Part shown: positions 45,252 to 54,497 of the stretch, piece by piece
Numbering within the stretch: the first letter of the stretch is position 1
Layout: every line of letters begins with the position of its first letter
Assembly: GCA_903865435.1 (NCBI GenBank)
Contig: CAIPJS010000072.1
Coordinates: 21,695 to 85,694 of the forward strand
Length of the DNA stretch: 64,000 nt
Source: an uncultured Bacteroidota bacterium
GTDB lineage: Bacteria > Bacteroidota > Bacteroidia > Chitinophagales > Chitinophagaceae
Direction of reading: 5' to 3'
Notes under the pieces: generated by a model
The model's input: the letters and a program-made list of their open reading frames with translations, nothing else
What the model was told of the DNA's origin: nothing
Database searches by the model: none
Program-made: the position numbers and the translations under genes

Positions 45252-46400
45252 TTAAAACTTATAGCCAACCCCAATACTAATGCTATAATCTGCAAATGCA
45301 GCGTCGCCTCTAGTAAAAACATTTGTATCATTTGTTTTTAAAATGTCTGGATAACTTTGAGGTCTTTCTCTTCTAATAGCCACTGGAGCATATAAATAGA
45401 AGTTTAATTTTTTATAACTGTAATTAGCACCGGGCTCTATGGCCAATACAGAACCTGGTCTTCTAAAACCTGTATTGTCTCCAATTAAATCACTGGCAGG
45501 CACACATTCATATCTAGCCCCTAAGGAAATAGTCAATGCATTGCGTGTCCAATTGGTTCCTGCTCTTAATAAATATTGATCGGGCACACTCATTACATCT
45601 GAAGTGTATTTGATTGCAGCAGCTTGCGAAGCGGTTGGCGGATTTGCAATAGCAACGCCTCTTAAAGTACTTACGCCATTGTTCCCCATTGGATTGATCA
45701 AGTAATAAACATTGCTATATAAACTCCATGTAGTATTGATGGATCTGAATCCATTTAATTCCAAAGTCAATCCCCATCCGCCATCTCCTGGCTGAATGGA
45801 TTGATCCACAGGTCCCTCTCTTGTTGCTGTTAAGCTGTAGTGAAATTGATCGGTGGCTTTGTAATTTCCTGTAGGCAATTTAATACCAATGCCTCCTAAT
45901 AAATTTCCTTTACGCCCATCTTTGGGTGCAATGATCCATTTATAAGCTGTTAATCTTATGTCTCCGATACCTTGTGCATAGGTAGAAAATCTTGGACTCC
46001 CTTTTACATTACTAATATGTTCATACAAAGAAGAACGCTCATTGTACACATAGGGTAAGTCTATACCAACACTCCATTGCTCATTAATTTTCCTAACCAA
46101 AGCGATGTCCATGGAACGACTAAAATTTCTAACATCGGTTCCATCATCTACTCTTTGTGTATTTTCGGTGGTACCACTAAAATGTTTGTAAGATTTAAAA
46201 TATCGGTCCGTTACATTTAAATCCCATTTGGAAGTATCTTTTAATTCTGTCATGCCTTCATGCAGCAACCCGTCATGCAGCATACCCGCATGTTGCATCG
46301 TATTTAAACCACCCACGGTTCTAATGGCCACACAACCTTGTGCACTTATTTGTGTATAGGCAATGAATGTTATAAAAGTGAAAAATAAATATTTAACCAT
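45252..46400 (-). CDS. Outer-membrane beta-barrel protein (unknown substrate)
   Basis: The ATG at 46400 gives the signal peptide MVKYLFFTFITFIAYTQISAQ. The sequence shows an alternating beta-strand pattern and ends in GVGYKF, the aromatic terminus typical of OMPs. Confidence 0.65.
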   Translation of the reverse strand: MVKYLFFTFITFIAYTQISAQGCVAIRTVGGLNTMQHAGMLHDGLLHEGMTELKDTSKWDLNVTDRYFKSYKHFSGTTENTQRVDDGTDVRNFSRSMDIALVRKINEQWSVGIDLPYVYNERSSLYEHISNVKGSPRFSTYAQGIGDIRLTAYKWIIAPKDGRKGNLLGGIGIKLPTGNYKATDQFHYSLTATREGPVDQSIQPGDGGWGLTLELNGFRSINTTWSLYSNVYYLINPMGNNGVSTLRGVAIANPPTASQAAAIKYTSDVMSVPDQYLLRAGTNWTRNALTISLGARYECVPASDLIGDNTGFRRPGSVLAIEPGANYSYKKLNFYLYAPVAIRRERPQSYPDILKTNDTNVFTRGDAAFADYSISIGVGYKF

Positions 46401-46649
46401 CTGCGAAATTAAATCGCTGGTCTGCTTTAACATAATTTTATTGGTCTTGTGTAAATGCAATTTACTAAAATTTTTTCATATTTATATTTCTTAGCTGTCC
46501 ATGATTGACAATGAACAGTTTTGACCTACAATTGCCCATAAAAAAGCCTGAGATAAATTCAAATCTGCATCTCAATTAAAATTGGCTAAATCCCTTTGGC
46601 AGCAAGCATTTTTGTGTCATTTTAAATAATCAACAGCATAAATTTTTTG

Positions 46650-46657
46650 TATATTTG
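46650..46657 (+). promoter_or_regulatory. Candidate -7 box TATATTTG for the 46676 gene
   Basis: Matches TAnnTTTG 18 nt upstream of the ATG at 46676. Confidence 0.3.
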
Positions 46658-46675
46658 TACTCTAAAAGAGGTTGT

Positions 46676-47608
46676 ATGAAAAATTTAAAAATTATTGTAG
46701 CCGCAGCTTGCATTGTTGCTGCCTTTTTTATTTACCTTTTCATTCCTAATAGAATTTCTTTAAATGGAGATTATTATGTTGCTAAGGAGTCGAATGGAGT
46801 CACCAGGGCCATGTTGAGTATTCAATACTGGGACAAATGGATGCCGTATAAAAAAATAGAAGGGCATACTTTTATTTTTGATAAAGGAAGCTTAGAAGTG
46901 TTGGCTTCTTTTGTGTCATCGGCAAGAACAAATTATTTATTGGACGGGGTGTATGCACATGTAAATTTTTTAGCTGTTTCCGCTGGAAAAGACAGTACTT
47001 TAATAAGATATGATGCAGAAGTATACAATGCTTATTTTTCTCCCATTAAAAGAATTCAAAATTATCAAACTGCTCAAAAAATAAATACGCAATTGCAGAT
47101 TATTTTAAACGCAGCAGGTAAAAGCTTTTCCACCCACAAAGGTATTTATGGGTTTGATATCAAAGAAACGCAAGCCAAAGACAGTTTATTCATCACCACA
47201 GAAAAAGTTTTTGCAGATACACCAAGTACTGCGCAGGTCTATGATTTAATCCATCAATTGGAAATACATATTAAAACGAATAAAGGTAATATTCAAGGTG
47301 ACCCCATGGTCAATATGACCAAAACCGCCGATAATAAAATAAATACCTTAGTTGCTTTTCCTATTGCACAAACCATTTCCGAAACTGCGCTTATTCGTAT
47401 TAAGAAAATTGCATTTAGAAATGTTTTAACCGCAGCCGTAAATGGAAACCAGATGAAATCAAATTGGGCTTTAGAAGCAATGTTGCTTTATCAAAACGAC
47501 AAGTCAATGAATGCAACATTTATGCCCTTTGTTGTTTACAATAATAATAGACTTTTAGAGAAAGACCCCAATAAGTGGGTTTCCTCTATTTACTATCCAA
47601 TACAATAA
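46676..47608 (+). CDS. Membrane-anchored hypothetical protein
   Basis: The ATG at 46676 gives MKNLKIIVAAACIVAAFFIYLF (N-terminal anchor). I recognise no confident family; the C-terminal half looks only vaguely like a small-molecule-binding alpha/beta fold. Confidence 0.5.
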   Translation: MKNLKIIVAAACIVAAFFIYLFIPNRISLNGDYYVAKESNGVTRAMLSIQYWDKWMPYKKIEGHTFIFDKGSLEVLASFVSSARTNYLLDGVYAHVNFLAVSAGKDSTLIRYDAEVYNAYFSPIKRIQNYQTAQKINTQLQIILNAAGKSFSTHKGIYGFDIKETQAKDSLFITTEKVFADTPSTAQVYDLIHQLEIHIKTNKGNIQGDPMVNMTKTADNKINTLVAFPIAQTISETALIRIKKIAFRNVLTAAVNGNQMKSNWALEAMLLYQNDKSMNATFMPFVVYNNNRLLEKDPNKWVSSIYYPIQ

Positions 47609-47629
47609 TCTTCATAGTGTCATTATAAG

Positions 47630-48274
47630 ATGTTAGACAATGCTAAGGCCTTTATTTTTGATTTAAATGGAACCATGATCAATGACATGCCCTATCATAT
47701 TGGTGCATGGCATCAACAACTAGCCGCATTAGGGAGTTCGTTAAGTGTTGAAGAAGTGAAGCATCAGTGTTATGGTAAAAATGATGAATTGCTAGAAAGA
47801 GTTTTCCCTGGAAGATTTAGCATGCAAGAAAAATTATCCATTGGTGCCAATAAAGAAGCTTTGTACCGTCTTGAATTCAAACCTCATCTTAAATTAATTG
47901 AAGGGCTTGCTCTTTTTTTAAAAAAGGCTTTTGATAAAAATATTAAAATGGGAATTGGCTCAGCGGCCATCACTTTAAATATTGATTTTGTATTAGACAA
48001 TACACAGTCAAGAAATTATTTTGATGTTATTGTAAGTGCCGATGATGTGCTCATTAGTAAACCACATCCTGAAACTTTTTTGAAATGCGCCGAGCTTCTT
48101 GGAATGGCACCTTCGGATTGTATTGTATTTGAGGATACGCCTAAAGGAGTACTCTGTGCACAAAAAGCTGGAATGAAAACCATTGTCATAAAAGGCATGC
48201 ATCAAGAAAGTGAATTTGCCGACTTTGATAATATTTTATTTTTTATCGAAGACTATACACATCTAAGCATATAG
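47630..48274 (+). CDS. HAD superfamily hydrolase (beta-phosphoglucomutase/phosphatase-like subfamily IA)
   Basis: Motif I is FIFDLNGTMIND, motif II GIGSAA and motif IV FEDTPKGV. Length is 214 aa. Confidence 0.75.
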   Translation: MLDNAKAFIFDLNGTMINDMPYHIGAWHQQLAALGSSLSVEEVKHQCYGKNDELLERVFPGRFSMQEKLSIGANKEALYRLEFKPHLKLIEGLALFLKKAFDKNIKMGIGSAAITLNIDFVLDNTQSRNYFDVIVSADDVLISKPHPETFLKCAELLGMAPSDCIVFEDTPKGVLCAQKAGMKTIVIKGMHQESEFADFDNILFFIEDYTHLSI

Positions 48275-48278
48275 ATAA

Positions 48279-49658
48279 CTACTTTCCAATACAGAACTTG
48301 GAAAAAATAAAATCCAATTGATCTTCGTTGGTAATTTGACCTGTTATGGTACCTAAATAATGTAAAGCCTGGTTGATGTCAATGGCCAATAAATCGCCAG
48401 TAATATTGTCTAACAAGCCCGTCTCTACATCATTGAGTGAAAACAATAATCTTTTTAAAGAGGCCACATGCCTCGCATTGGTAACAATGGTGCCTTCTTT
48501 ATTCAAGCCATCTCCTACTACTTTTTGATGCAATGCATTTTCAAGTGATAGTATGTTTTTTTTGTCTTTAGCAGCTATGAAAATAATGTCTTTTAACGTA
48601 GGGTCTTTCTCTAAGGATGGGTCGATGGCTATGTCTATCTTATTTCCTACAAAAATTAATTTACTTGCTTCAGCCAATTCGATTTGCCATTCTTTGATTT
48701 GTGCAGCACTGGTTGTACTGGCATCAAATAAGGCAATGACTATATCTGCAGCCAATATTTTTTCTTTGCTTTTTTCAATACCCATTTGCTCTATACTATC
48801 CAAAGTGCTGTGGCGAATGCCCGCAGTATCAATTAATTTATACATCACTCCTTGAATGTTCAAATATTCCTCTACCGTATCTCTGGTAGTGCCTGGAATT
48901 TCACTTACCAAAGCCCTATTTTCATTGAGTAAAGCGTTTAATAAAGTGGATTTGCCAGCATTGGGTTTTCCTACAATGGCTACTTGTACCCCATTCTTGA
49001 TCACATTGCCCAATTGAAATGATTCCAACAAGTCATTGGTTTTTGCTTGTAAATCATGTACCAAAATTTCTAATGATTTTTTATTAGCAAATGCAACATC
49101 TTCTTGTGAAAAATCTAATTCCAATTCTATTAATGCAGAAAACTTTATCAACTTCTCGCGCATCACTTGTAAGTCTGAAGAAAAACCTCCTTTTAAATTA
49201 TACAAAGCTGTCTTGCGTGCAGCTTCGGTATTGCTGGCAATTAAATCTGCTACTGCTTCGGCTTGCGTTAAATCTAATTTCCCATTTAAAAAAGCGCGCT
49301 GTGTAAACTCCCCTGGCTTGGCCAAGCGGGCCCCTTTGGCTTGGAGTAATTGTAAAATATCGTCTTGTATCAATGGCGCTCCGTGGCATGAAATTTCAAC
49401 CACTTCTTCGCCCGTATAGGATTTTGGTGCTTTATAGATAGCAACTACTACTTCATCAATCACTTCTTTTCTATTGATGATTTTACCCAAATGCACTGTG
49501 TGAGAAGCTTTGGTTGCTAAATTATTTTTTGAAAAAACCGAGCTTATAATGTCAATTGCTTTTGGGCCACTTAATCTTATAACGGCAATGGCCCCCAATC
49601 CTGGAGGGGTTGCTAGGGCAACAATGGTATCATTCCAAGAGCTTAGGTTTTCGCGCAT
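48279..49658 (-). CDS. mnmE: tRNA modification GTPase MnmE
   Basis: 459 aa with DTIVALATPPG, G1 GKPNAGKSTL, G3 DTAGIR and the C-terminal FCIGK motif. Confidence 0.92.
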   Translation of the reverse strand: MRENLSSWNDTIVALATPPGLGAIAVIRLSGPKAIDIISSVFSKNNLATKASHTVHLGKIINRKEVIDEVVVAIYKAPKSYTGEEVVEISCHGAPLIQDDILQLLQAKGARLAKPGEFTQRAFLNGKLDLTQAEAVADLIASNTEAARKTALYNLKGGFSSDLQVMREKLIKFSALIELELDFSQEDVAFANKKSLEILVHDLQAKTNDLLESFQLGNVIKNGVQVAIVGKPNAGKSTLLNALLNENRALVSEIPGTTRDTVEEYLNIQGVMYKLIDTAGIRHSTLDSIEQMGIEKSKEKILAADIVIALFDASTTSAAQIKEWQIELAEASKLIFVGNKIDIAIDPSLEKDPTLKDIIFIAAKDKKNILSLENALHQKVVGDGLNKEGTIVTNARHVASLKRLLFSLNDVETGLLDNITGDLLAIDINQALHYLGTITGQITNEDQLDFIFSKFCIGK

Positions 49659-49716
49659 GGCTCAAAGGTAAACTTTAAGTAGTATTTACAAAAGGCGAAC
49701 TATAGCAAATGCCTAT

Positions 49717-49751
49717 AAAAAAAGCCCTCCGTATAAGGGAGGGCTTTTTTT
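49717..49751. terminator. Rho-independent terminator (aaaaaaagccctcc-gtataag-ggagggcttttttt) downstream of tonB
   Basis: 7-bp GC stem between A7 and T7 runs. It is followed by ATATAGAGA and the AT palindrome gtttttaaaaac (49763-49774), which may be a compressed version of the box + hairpin module. Confidence 0.75.
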
Positions 49752-49773
49752 ATATAGAGATTGTTTTTAAAAA

Positions 49774-50583
49774 CTAATCTTCAGAAACCACGAATACAAT
49801 AGCTTGACGGTGACGATAAATTACATTACGTCCATTTTGAACTGCGGGCTTCCATTTTGGACCTCTTGTAATTACACGAACCGCTTCATCTTTAGTGCCA
49901 TATCCAGGATCGTTCTCAGATTTAACATCACTGATAGAACCATCTCTAGCAACAACGAAAGATACGACTACTGAATATTTTCCTGCAGGAGCGCCATTTT
50001 CTACTGGCAAGTCTCTGTTTAAAGTTCTTTCTAGGTAACGAATCCAGCCTTGTTGTCCACCTGGGAACTCAGCAGGGATTTGTACCACAGTAAAGATTTT
50101 ATCCGTCTCTTCTTCGGCAGGAGCAGTTGGACCAGCTTCTACTGGAGCTACCAATCCATCATCTTTAATACCTTTTTGGTCGGTTGATCCAATTTTTACG
50201 TCTTCTAGCTTTTCAACCTCTTTCACTTCATCCTCTTTTTTCACTTCCTCATCTTTTACAATTTTAGGAGGTGTAAATTTTGCCATTTCCACTTTTGGTG
50301 GTTCCACTTTTGGTGGTGGTGGAGGTGGTGGAGGTGGTTTCTTTTCTTGAGTTACATCTGTCAAAGAAACATCTGTAACCACTATTTCGGTTTTAGATTT
50401 CTTAGCGCTATTAGACCAAATTGCAGCACCAGCCAAAAGAACGGTTACAGTTACCATGCCAATCAAAGCCTTTTTAAGACGATCATTGTAGGTTTTTCTT
50501 AACTCATAAGCACCGTATTCTTTAAATCTTCCCTCAAAAATGAGGTCCAGAATATCGGCATTTAATATTTTGTTTATGTCCAT
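49774..50583 (-). CDS. tonB: Energy transducer TonB
   Basis: N-terminal TM anchor, a Pro-rich spacer KKPPPPPPPPPKVEPPKVE, and a C-terminal TonB domain (AEFPGGQQGW..YSVVVSFVV..). Confidence 0.85.
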   Translation of the reverse strand: MDINKILNADILDLIFEGRFKEYGAYELRKTYNDRLKKALIGMVTVTVLLAGAAIWSNSAKKSKTEIVVTDVSLTDVTQEKKPPPPPPPPPKVEPPKVEMAKFTPPKIVKDEEVKKEDEVKEVEKLEDVKIGSTDQKGIKDDGLVAPVEAGPTAPAEEETDKIFTVVQIPAEFPGGQQGWIRYLERTLNRDLPVENGAPAGKYSVVVSFVVARDGSISDVKSENDPGYGTKDEAVRVITRGPKWKPAVQNGRNVIYRHRQAIVFVVSED

Positions 50584-50595
50584 TTTTTAATGCTT

Positions 50596-51177
50596 TTAAT
50601 TGCTAGGAGATTTTGCGGACTCATCGGATTTCTTAACCAATAATTCTTCAATGTCAAAAATATCTACTAGTGCATATTTTTTTACAACATTAATAGACAT
50701 CTCATCTAATATATCAATTACGTTTTTGTAAGTACAATTGGAACTTGGTTTAATCACAATTACTAAATCCTTTTCGGGATTAGTAGGATCTTGCGCAATA
50801 CTTCTTACATACTCCTTCTTTTTCATAATCACATCACGAATAGAGTTTTCTCCATTGTATGAAGCTGATAAAAAATTAGAGGCATCTGTTTTCAATTGAC
50901 CTTCGTAATAATATATATGATTGTCTGCACCCATTAAGATGGTTAAAGCTCCGGATTCCTTTGCTTTGTTTTGCTCTTCAGGTTTTACCTTATCATCAGG
51001 CAAAATCAACTTCATTGCTGTAGGTTGACTCATGGTTGTAGTGAAGATGAAGAAGGTAATCAATAAAAAGCCTAAATCCACCATCGGTGTCAAATCGACA
51101 CGCGTTGATAATTTTTTCCCTTTTTTGACCCCTGGTCCTTTCTTATGACCACCACCCGAGGTATCTAATTCTGCCAT
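50596..51177 (-). CDS. exbD: Biopolymer transport protein ExbD/TolR
   Basis: DLTPMVDLGFLLITFFIF is the TM segment with the conserved Asp. Length is 193 aa. Confidence 0.85.
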   Translation of the reverse strand: MAELDTSGGGHKKGPGVKKGKKLSTRVDLTPMVDLGFLLITFFIFTTTMSQPTAMKLILPDDKVKPEEQNKAKESGALTILMGADNHIYYYEGQLKTDASNFLSASYNGENSIRDVIMKKKEYVRSIAQDPTNPEKDLVIVIKPSSNCTYKNVIDILDEMSINVVKKYALVDIFDIEELLVKKSDESAKSPSN

Positions 51178-51205
51178 AGTAAATAGCTTTTAATTAGTTT
51201 ATAAT

Positions 51206-51853
51206 TTAGTTGTCCTGTTTTTCACCACTCATCGATTTCTTATACAATTCTGAACCTACTGGCGCATTTTCAGGATTGGTAATCATTTGAAATTTTTGAA
51301 TACTGTTTTTCTTAAATGCAGTAAGTACATTTTTGAAAGCTGGATACTTGGCTAAATTGTCCCCTTTTAATAAAAGTTCCAATTTGGTGCCAGCATAAGC
51401 TTCGTTGATGACTTGCATCCAAACGATTAATTCATTGTCTGTACTGTCCTTACATGGAATACCAGGAAGCAAGTTCCCTTTTCTGTTTTCTTCAGTGATG
51501 GCTAAAAAAGATTTTAGTCCACTAAATGGAGCTCCTATAAAATTGGCACTTTTAAAAGCAGGAACATCAATTCCTAAATTTCTAGTGGCATTTAAAGAGT
51601 TCGCAATAGTTTCTCTTTTTTGTTTGTCATCAATGGTAAGAAATACTTTGCCGTCTTTATCAATCGTAATTAAGACAAAATCCTTGCTTGGAGCAACTTT
51701 AGAAGATACCGAACTTGGTGTGGTAACTGCTATTGCTTCAGAAGGCTTAAACTTAGTAGTCAAGATAAAGAATGACAATAAAAGGAAAGCCACATCGCAC
51801 ATGGCAGTCATGTCGATGGTGGTACTCTTTCGAGGTAATTTGGCTCTACCCAT
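51206..51853 (-). CDS. exbD: Second ExbD/TolR family protein
   Basis: IDMTAMCDVAFLLLSFFIL is the TM segment with the conserved Asp. Length is 215 aa. Confidence 0.8.
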   Translation of the reverse strand: MGRAKLPRKSTTIDMTAMCDVAFLLLSFFILTTKFKPSEAIAVTTPSSVSSKVAPSKDFVLITIDKDGKVFLTIDDKQKRETIANSLNATRNLGIDVPAFKSANFIGAPFSGLKSFLAITEENRKGNLLPGIPCKDSTDNELIVWMQVINEAYAGTKLELLLKGDNLAKYPAFKNVLTAFKKNSIQKFQMITNPENAPVGSELYKKSMSGEKQDN

Positions 51854-51917
51854 TTGTATATTCTTTTAATTATTATTTATAAGGTTGCCCTTATTAAAAT
51901 ATTTTTTGCTTCAACTA

Positions 51918-52778
51918 CTATTTGTAGTTTGCTGCGAAACTTTGAGTTAAAGTAAATCCAGACTCATCAATACCATAAGTGATGCCATCGATTCTTGTAG
52001 TGAATACGTTGTACATTATGATTGCGATTGCTGAAGTACCAATACCCAATGCAGTATTATACAAGGCCTCAGAGATACCTTGAGATAATTCACGAGCAGC
52101 TTCTCCACCACCTTCTTCACCTAATTTAGAGAAAGAACGAATCATACCCAATACCGTACCGAACAAACCTAATAAGGTTGCAACAGATGCGATGGTAGAT
52201 AAGAATACTAAGTTTTTCTCTAACATTGGTAATTCCAATGCAGTAGCCTCTTCGATTTCTTTTTGAATATTCAATACTTTTTGGTCTGTGTCTAATTCTG
52301 TATTTGAAATCATTTCTTTGTACTTAGTCAAACCTGATTTCATTACATTACCTACAGATCCTTTTTGTTTGTCACACTCAGCAATTGCTTTGTCAACTTC
52401 TTTGTTGGCTAATTGGAATTGTACTTTGCGAATGAATTCAGCAATGTTTCCGTTTCCTGCAGCTTTCTTAATTGTCATTAATCTTTCAATAACGAAAGTT
52501 AACACGATTAATAAACTACCAATTAAAACTGGCACAACGATTCCACCTTCGTACATTTTTGTAAAGGTACCTTTAGGTCCTTTATGACTAGGCCAGAATC
52601 CACCATTTGGGTCTGGGTTAGTGAAGTTACTTCCGTTTCCTAGCACAAAACGCCAGATGACGTAACCTGCTAAAATACATAAGATAGGTGCTAAAGTTGC
52701 AACAAGATTCCCGCTCTTTTGAGGCTGTGCTGCATTCTTTGAAGCAGCAGCTGTTGCAGTTGATTTAATCTCAGCCAT
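51918..52778 (-). CDS. exbB: MotA/TolQ/ExbB proton channel protein
   Basis: Three TM helices, with the C-terminal LGLFGTVLGMIRSF and ALYNTALGI motifs. Confidence 0.85.
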   Translation of the reverse strand: MAEIKSTATAAASKNAAQPQKSGNLVATLAPILCILAGYVIWRFVLGNGSNFTNPDPNGGFWPSHKGPKGTFTKMYEGGIVVPVLIGSLLIVLTFVIERLMTIKKAAGNGNIAEFIRKVQFQLANKEVDKAIAECDKQKGSVGNVMKSGLTKYKEMISNTELDTDQKVLNIQKEIEEATALELPMLEKNLVFLSTIASVATLLGLFGTVLGMIRSFSKLGEEGGGEAARELSQGISEALYNTALGIGTSAIAIIMYNVFTTRIDGITYGIDESGFTLTQSFAANYK

Positions 52779-53132
52779 GATTCAATTGATTTTTGGTTTA
52801 AAATAAAAATTTTTAAGAAATATTCCTCTTCACAATTGGTAAGATTTTTGAAAATTTTACTACAATTGTTTCTAAGGGGTTACAAAATAAGTAATTTATT
52901 GGTTGAAACAAATTTCAAACAATAATTTTATTTAAAAATAATCTTAAAACTAACTGCTGTTGGTGGAGACTAAAAATAGCAGGTTCTTGGTATTAGTTAT
53001 TTCAATAATCTTAAAATGAAGAATACAGTCAAAAAGTCAATTTTTGAGTTCATTTTCAAGAAGATAAGGCCCAAATTTCAAAACAAAGCTTTAAAAGGAC
53101 TAAAAGGCTTGATTTACAGCCAAGATAGAGGC

Positions 53133-54419
53133 TTACTCATACCTAAGGGCGTCAATGGGGTTTAAAGCAGCAGCTTTCATCGCTGGATAAATGCCTGCTA
53201 CCAAACCCACCACAGAACAAATCACAATGCCTATTACCACCCATAGCCAAGGCACCACAAATCCAGTGTTTAAAACCAAACTAAATATATTGCCCACCAA
53301 GACGCCTAAAATGATGCCAAAAATGGCCCCTAGAATACTTATTAATATGCTCTCAAATAAAAACTGACGGCGCACGTCCTTCTTCTTACCTCCAATGGCT
53401 TTGATCAAACCTACTTCTCTGGTTCTTTCGCTCACTGCCACAAGCATGATGTTCATTAATCCAATAGCTGCTCCAATTAATGTAATCATCCCAATGGCAC
53501 CTGCTGCCCCACTAATGCCTGCTAAAAGGCCAATAAACAAATCTGCAAATTTGTCGCTTTTGTCAATTACAAAATTATCTGTTTCAGAAGGAATCAATCT
53601 TCTAGCTTTTCGCATCTGTTCTGAGGCCTCATCAATGGCTGGTTCCAATTCAGTTACATTATTAACCATAATGCCTAATTGATAAGAAGGGCTACTATTT
53701 TCGTATTGTCTTACATTTTTTAAAGAAGTAAAAACAATATCATCCTGACGCATCATAGCACTAGAACCTTTCGATTTTAATAAACCAATTACGCGATAAG
53801 GCTTGCCTTGTAATAATATAATTTTATCAATACACTTCTCTGGTCTATTCAAAAATAATTTGCTGGCCACATTGGACCCAATCACGCAAACGTTACGCCC
53901 ACTCTGCATATCCACATTGTTTAAGCTACGGCCCAAATCTAATTGATACCCATTTACAGCTATATAATTTTCATCACCACCCCACAATGTAATTTGCGGA
54001 TTTGTCTTTTTGTCTTTGTAATGAATCTCATTGTTCCCAGTTGACCTCTTGTATATACTTACTTGCGCTCTATTAAAACCATAATGATTTTTAAAATAAG
54101 TAGACTCTTCTAAACGAATGGGCTTATCTAAATTTGATTTTTTTTCTTTTTGTGATTTTTTTGATTTGCCAAAATCATCTCTGCCCTCATTGGGTCCACC
54201 TCCCATTCTTGCATTCATTTCTTTGTATCGAATACTAAATGCATTGGCCCCCATAAAAGAAAAATTTTCTTTTAAGCTTTGATTCATTGCAGAAATTGCT
54301 GTGATGATTCCAATCAAGGCCATGATACCAAATGCAATAATTGCCACTGTAATTCCAGTTCGTAATTTATTGCCTTTTACCGTGCGCCATGCCAACACAA
54401 AGGAATCCTGAATGGTCAT
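53133..54419 (-). CDS. MacB-like ABC transporter permease (FtsX family)
   Basis: 428 aa with an N-terminal TM helix, a MacB-type periplasmic domain, and three C-terminal TM helices including REVGLIKAIGGKKKDVRRQF. Confidence 0.8.
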   Translation of the reverse strand: MTIQDSFVLAWRTVKGNKLRTGITVAIIAFGIMALIGIITAISAMNQSLKENFSFMGANAFSIRYKEMNARMGGGPNEGRDDFGKSKKSQKEKKSNLDKPIRLEESTYFKNHYGFNRAQVSIYKRSTGNNEIHYKDKKTNPQITLWGGDENYIAVNGYQLDLGRSLNNVDMQSGRNVCVIGSNVASKLFLNRPEKCIDKIILLQGKPYRVIGLLKSKGSSAMMRQDDIVFTSLKNVRQYENSSPSYQLGIMVNNVTELEPAIDEASEQMRKARRLIPSETDNFVIDKSDKFADLFIGLLAGISGAAGAIGMITLIGAAIGLMNIMLVAVSERTREVGLIKAIGGKKKDVRRQFLFESILISILGAIFGIILGVLVGNIFSLVLNTGFVVPWLWVVIGIVICSVVGLVAGIYPAMKAAALNPIDALRYE

Positions 54420-54497
54420 TGTACTTTATTTATGAATACCAAAGGTAAGGCAGTTTCAAGATAGCCCATTGCTTTGATGCTAGTTAATGAAGAACGG

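Noticed and set aside
47630-48274. HAD motif I reads DLNGT (Asn instead of the second Asp)
   Set aside because: Variation at the Asp+2 position occurs in several HAD subfamilies. I cannot infer loss or change of function from sequence alone.
53016-53165. 49-codon plus-strand ORF starting at the second AATAATCTTAAAA repeat
   Set aside because: It is short and Lys-rich, overlaps the 3' end of the MacB-like permease gene, and has no supporting signal.
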